From assembly GCA_051648665.1 (NCBI GenBank), contig JBOFFO010000092.1:1-50125 (forward strand): a stretch of DNA of 50,125 nucleotides, written 5' to 3'. The notes beneath the pieces were generated by a model, which worked only from the letters and a program-made list of their open reading frames with translations, did not search any database and was not told where the DNA came from. Below are positions 46,047-50,125 of the stretch, piece after piece. Numbering within the stretch: position 1 is the stretch's first letter; each line of letters opens with the position of its first letter. The position numbers and the translations under genes are program-made. Source of the stretch: Beijerinckiaceae bacterium. GTDB taxonomy: Bacteria > Pseudomonadota > Alphaproteobacteria > Rhizobiales > Beijerinckiaceae.

Positions 46047-46057
46047 CAGGCGCGGTG

Positions 46058-46729
46058 ATGGCGTCCGCGCCCGCCCGCCACCCTGATGCGCCCAAGCTGC
46101 GGGAGCGCGCTTATGTCCGTTTCACGGAAAGCCTGATTGCGCGCGACATCAAGCCCGGCCAGTTCATATCGCAGCGTGAACTGGTCGAGATTACCGGCCT
46201 GCCGCTCGGCGCAATACGCGAATTGATTCCGCGGCTGGAAGCGGAAGGGTTGATCGTGACGGTGCCACAGCGCGGCATGCAGGTTGCGCATGTGGATCTC
46301 AACCTGATCCGCAACGCCTTTCAGTTCCGCCTGTTTCTCGAACGGGAAGCGGCAGCGCTATATGCGCAGAACGCCAGCGATGCAGCGATTGCGCAGCAGC
46401 AGGCGGCGCATGAAGCGATTATCCGTCGGGCACAGGCGGGCGGTGATGAATCCCTGATTGTCGATGCCGAGGCGACGGACCGCATCCTGCATGAGGCGAT
46501 TATCGATCATCTCGACAACGAGATTATTTCCAAAGCCTTTCGCGTGAACTGGATCAAAATCAAGCTCATCCGGCAGAATGAGACGCGGCTCTATGCGGAT
46601 CTTGTTGTGCCGGTGATGCAGGATCATCTCAAGATTATCCGCGCGATGGCGGCGCGTGATGCGCAAGGCGCTGCCGATGCGATGGCGGAACACATCTCCA
46701 ATGCCCGCAACCGGGCGATGGAAATCTAG
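46058..46729 (+). CDS. GntR-family (FCD) transcriptional regulator
   Basis: PGQFISQRELVEITG...IRELIPRLEAEGLI HTH; FCD with LHEAI, DHLKII, MAEHI. Confidence 0.9.
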   Translation: MASAPARHPDAPKLRERAYVRFTESLIARDIKPGQFISQRELVEITGLPLGAIRELIPRLEAEGLIVTVPQRGMQVAHVDLNLIRNAFQFRLFLEREAAALYAQNASDAAIAQQQAAHEAIIRRAQAGGDESLIVDAEATDRILHEAIIDHLDNEIISKAFRVNWIKIKLIRQNETRLYADLVVPVMQDHLKIIRAMAARDAQGAADAMAEHISNARNRAMEI

Positions 46730-46760
46730 GCGTTCAAATCACAACAACCGGGAGGCTGAC

Positions 46761-47756
46761 ATGATGAAACTCAATCGGCGCAAGGCCATCATTGGTGCAG
46801 GCGCTGCAGGTGCGGCTTTGGCCATGCCGTCCATCGGTGCGCGGGCGCAGGCGACGGTCATCCGCTGGGGAGAAATGCTGGCGCCATCCCATCCGCAGGT
46901 GATGATGATTGATCGCATCGCCAAGGACGTGAAAGAGAAAACATCGGGCCGCGTCGATATCCAGAGTTTCCCCAATGGCCAGCTTGGCTCAGGCAAGGAC
47001 ATGATGGAATCGGTGGCGGCGGGCGCGCTCCACCTGACAACTGACGGTGCGGCCGCGCTTGGCTCTTTTCTGCCGCAGCTTTCCGTCATCGAAGCGCCCT
47101 ATCTATGGCGCGATGCCGCGCATATGGCGAAGGCTGGCGGCTCGGACATTTTCAAGGGCATGAACAATGACCTCGTGTCCAAGCGCGGCATTCGCATGCT
47201 GGCCGTCACTTATTATGGCAAGCGTCATCTCACCACCGGCAACAAGGCCGTGAAAAGTGCTGCGGATATGGCAGGCTTCAAGCTGCGTGTGCCGCCGGTT
47301 GATACCTTCCGCGCGATGGCGGAAGCGTGGGGGGCGCGCGCCACACCGATCAATTTCAATGAGCTTTATCTCGCGCTCAGTCAGGGTGCTGTGGACGGGC
47401 AGGAAAATCCGTTGCCGACGATTGCCAGCGCCAAATTGCCGGAGGTGCAGAAATTCCTTGTGTTGACCGGGCATATCATCACACCGCGCCTCGTTATCGC
47501 GAATGAGGATTTTCTCAGGAAATTGTCCGGGCCTGACCGCGCAGCGCTCGATGCGGCGATTGCTGCCGGCGTAGCGTGGCAGGATGCGGAATTGTCGCGG
47601 CAGGAAGGCACGCTGGTCGATACGTTCAAGACGCAGGGCATGACGGTGATCGAGCCTGATCTTGAAAGTTTCCGCAAGCCGGTGCTGGCGCAGGTGCCGC
47701 CGAAATTCGAGGATAAATGGGGCAAGGGCACCTGGGACAAGCTGGCGGCACTGTGA
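46761..47756 (+). CDS. dctP: TRAP transporter substrate-binding protein DctP
   Basis: LNRR Tat-like signal, FPNGQLG, GFKLRVP (conserved carboxylate-binding Arg), ELYLALSQGAVDGQENP; GGAGG RBS. Confidence 0.92.
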   Translation: MMKLNRRKAIIGAGAAGAALAMPSIGARAQATVIRWGEMLAPSHPQVMMIDRIAKDVKEKTSGRVDIQSFPNGQLGSGKDMMESVAAGALHLTTDGAAALGSFLPQLSVIEAPYLWRDAAHMAKAGGSDIFKGMNNDLVSKRGIRMLAVTYYGKRHLTTGNKAVKSAADMAGFKLRVPPVDTFRAMAEAWGARATPINFNELYLALSQGAVDGQENPLPTIASAKLPEVQKFLVLTGHIITPRLVIANEDFLRKLSGPDRAALDAAIAAGVAWQDAELSRQEGTLVDTFKTQGMTVIEPDLESFRKPVLAQVPPKFEDKWGKGTWDKLAAL

Positions 47757-47769
47757 ACTGAGCGCGCCG

Positions 47770-48258
47770 GTGAGGCATTTTCAACGGTGGCTGGACCGCG
47801 CATTGCACGCCCTTGCGGTCTGGCTGCTTCTCGCCCTTCTGTGCAGCGTTGTCGCAGGCGTTATCTCGCGGCAACTCGGCATGCCGCTGGCGTGGACGGA
47901 CGAGCTTGCGCAATATCTGCTGGTGTGGACCGGGTTCTGCGGCTGGATGATCGCTTCACGCAGACGCAGCCATATCCGCATCGGCATTTTTGCCGCGCGC
48001 ATGCCGTCAGCGATGCAGCGTGTGCTGGAGATTCTGACGCAAGCGGCGATTTTCGCGCTCGGCCTTGGCCTCGTGTGGCATGCGCGCACGCTCATCCTGC
48101 GCACGCTCGATGTTGAATCGATCAGCCTGCCATTTCCGGCGGCGGTGCTGTATTTTCCGTTGCCGGTATTGGGCCTGTTGCTGATGGGGCAGGCGCTTGC
48201 TGAAGCCATTGTAGCATTGCGCGGTCGCACGGCCTTTTCAGAAGGGCAAGTGCTGTGA
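47770..48258 (+). CDS. dctQ: TRAP transporter small permease DctQ
   Basis: Four TM, WTDELAQYLLVW, SHIRI; start uncertain (GTG 47770). Confidence 0.85.
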   Translation: MRHFQRWLDRALHALAVWLLLALLCSVVAGVISRQLGMPLAWTDELAQYLLVWTGFCGWMIASRRRSHIRIGIFAARMPSAMQRVLEILTQAAIFALGLGLVWHARTLILRTLDVESISLPFPAAVLYFPLPVLGLLLMGQALAEAIVALRGRTAFSEGQVL

Positions 48259-49541
48259 CCGGCCTGATGTGGCAGGTTCTCGGCGGCTGGCTGGTGGCGA
48301 TGCTGCTCGGCGTGCCGCTGTTTGCTTCCATGGGTCTTGCCGCGTTCGCCTTTGTCTATCTCGGCGGATTGCCGCCGGGCATGATCCCGCAGAAAATCGC
48401 GCAATCCGCCAATTCATTTCCCCTGCTTGCCGCGCCGCTGTTCATTCTGATGGGCAACATCATGAACAGCGCGGGCATCACCGAACGCATTTTTACCTTT
48501 GCGACAGCCTGTGTGGGATGGCTGCGCGGCGGTTTGTGCCATGCCAACATTCTCGCCAGCGTCATTTTTGCGGGCATGTCAGGCTCCGCTGTCGCCGATG
48601 CCGGTGGTGTCGGCACGCTGGAAATCAAGGCGATGAAGGATGAGGGCTATGATCCGGAAACGGCAGCTGCGATTACGGCCGCATCCGCGACCATCGGCCC
48701 GATTATTCCACCTTCGCTGCCGATGGTGATTTACGGCGTGACCGCAGATGTCTCCATCGGGGCACTGTTTCTCGCCGGCGTCATACCCGGTCTGCTCATG
48801 GCTGCGGCGCTGATGGCGATGGTGGCGGAGGTGGCGCGCCGCCGGAATTTGCCGCGCCATCCCTTTCCCGGATTGCGCGATGTCTGGGTTGCCTACAAGC
48901 GGGCGCATTGGGCGCTGATGACGCCGGTAATCCTGTTCGGCGGCATGATGAGCGGCATTTTCACGCCGACGGAAGCGGCAGGCGTCGCCACTGTTTATGC
49001 CATTTTCCTTGGGCTTTTTGTTTATCGCGATTTCAGCCTGGCCCGGTTGCCGAAGCTGGTGGCCGAGACGGTGGAGACCACCGGCATTGTACTTGCACTG
49101 GTGATGACGGCGGCTGCACTGGGGTGGTGTCTGTCAATCAGCCGCCTGCCGCAGACATTGGGGCCGCAAATTGTCAGCCTTGTCGGCACGCCGCTGCTGT
49201 TCCTGCTGCTGGTGAACGGGCTGCTGCTGATTGTCGGCTGCTTTATGGAAGCGCTGGCGGCGATGCTCATTTTGATTCCGATTCTTGTCCCGGCCGCTAT
49301 CGCTCTTGGCATCGATCCAATTCAATTCGGCCTGATTTTCGTACTCAATCTGATGATCGGGACGATCACGCCACCGGTGGGCGTCGTGTTGTTCGTGACA
49401 GCGCGTATTGCCAATATCAGCTTTGAAGCGATGTCACGCGCCATCGTACCGTGGCTGGTTCCGCTGATTTCCGTGCTGCTGGCGATCACTTTATGGCCGC
49501 CGCTGACCACATGGCTGCCGAAACTGGTCATGGGGCGCTAA
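48255..49541 (+). CDS. dctM: TRAP transporter large permease DctM
   Basis: FPLLAAPLF, FAGMSGSAVAD, PIIPPS, GIFTPTEA, GIDPIQFG, TPPVG. Confidence 0.93.
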   Translation: MTGLMWQVLGGWLVAMLLGVPLFASMGLAAFAFVYLGGLPPGMIPQKIAQSANSFPLLAAPLFILMGNIMNSAGITERIFTFATACVGWLRGGLCHANILASVIFAGMSGSAVADAGGVGTLEIKAMKDEGYDPETAAAITAASATIGPIIPPSLPMVIYGVTADVSIGALFLAGVIPGLLMAAALMAMVAEVARRRNLPRHPFPGLRDVWVAYKRAHWALMTPVILFGGMMSGIFTPTEAAGVATVYAIFLGLFVYRDFSLARLPKLVAETVETTGIVLALVMTAAALGWCLSISRLPQTLGPQIVSLVGTPLLFLLLVNGLLLIVGCFMEALAAMLILIPILVPAAIALGIDPIQFGLIFVLNLMIGTITPPVGVVLFVTARIANISFEAMSRAIVPWLVPLISVLLAITLWPPLTTWLPKLVMGR

Positions 49542-49554
49542 CTGCGCCCGCGCC

Positions 49555-50125
49555 TCACCATTTCAGGATTAATTTTCCTGCCAGCCATGATGTGGCCATG
49601 ACGATGGCCGCAGCGATGCTGTACCAGAACATAACGAAGAGTGGGCTGTCATCCATGCAGTTCAGGGCGTAGATGCTGGCGCCGATGCCGGTGGCGGTGA
49701 CCGCTGCCGCGATTGATGCGGCCTGTGGATGCAGGATGGTGCCGTGCCGCAAGGCCATGAGAATTGCGGCCAGCGGCAAGGCAGAAAACAGCGGCACCAG
49801 TGTCAGGCAATGCAATCCCTTCATGCCGATCATGCGGCGTTCCATGCCATTGATGCCATTGCCGGTGAGATCGATGACGATGAACACCAGCAGCGTGACC
49901 GGGCCTGCGAGCATGATCATCCGCCGCCACGGGCGCTGCCCGGCGTTATTCTCGGCATTGATGATCATCAGCCCGCTGAGAGCGAGAAGCCCGGTAAACA
50001 TGAATTTCATGATCAGTGCACCAGTGACACCCGGCGCGGCAATATCAGGACGCAAGCCAAGCGTCAGGAAAAACAACGCGATGACCAATGCGATGCTGGC
50101 TGGCAGCAGCCATTTCAGGACGCGC
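49555..50125 (-). CDS. nrsF: NrsF/DUF1109 family membrane anti-sigma factor (5'-truncated by window)
   Basis: LGLRPD, multiple TMs, conserved Cys (LHC; YALNCMDDSPLFVMFWY); frame stays open to the window end. Confidence 0.75.
   Translation of the reverse strand, partial: RVLKWLLPASIALVIALFFLTLGLRPDIAAPGVTGALIMKFMFTGLLALSGLMIINAENNAGQRPWRRMIMLAGPVTLLVFIVIDLTGNGINGMERRMIGMKGLHCLTLVPLFSALPLAAILMALRHGTILHPQAASIAAAVTATGIGASIYALNCMDDSPLFVMFWYSIAAAIVMATSWLAGKLILKW

Overview
A 50-kb, GC-rich, gene-dense segment with an alphaproteobacterial (Hyphomicrobiales-like) gene repertoire, running from the 3' end of clpB to a truncated nrsF-like anti-sigma gene. No RNA genes, mobile elements or CRISPR arrays were seen. 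It consists almost entirely of catabolic modules: (1) two CoA-transferase-fold genes around a DUF2938-like membrane protein; (2) a diaminopropionate ammonia-lyase + two carbamoylases operon, divergent from an MlrC/M81 peptidase + peptide-type ABC importer, with a convergent metallo-amidohydrolase; (3) a type I secretion ABC/MFP pair with no cargo nearby; (4) an oxalate/C1 island (CBS protein, Fdh1-type two-subunit formate dehydrogenase, LysR, TctACB transporter, GntR, oxc, frc, a formyltransferase-fold gene, fhs); (5) an ABC importer + GGT-family + DUF1028 Ntn-hydrolase operon; (6) a non-phosphorylative sugar/sugar-acid cluster with a TRAP transporter. The best candidate for a new system is in the oxalate island. 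A stand-alone homolog of the N-terminal formyl-transfer domain of eukaryotic ALDH1L1 lies between frc and fhs and may be a formyl-CoA:tetrahydrofolate formyltransferase. A recurring 17-bp palindrome links the transporter, oxc operon, FDH and CBS genes into one predicted regulon. All family assignments come from motif recognition by eye; no database search was run.
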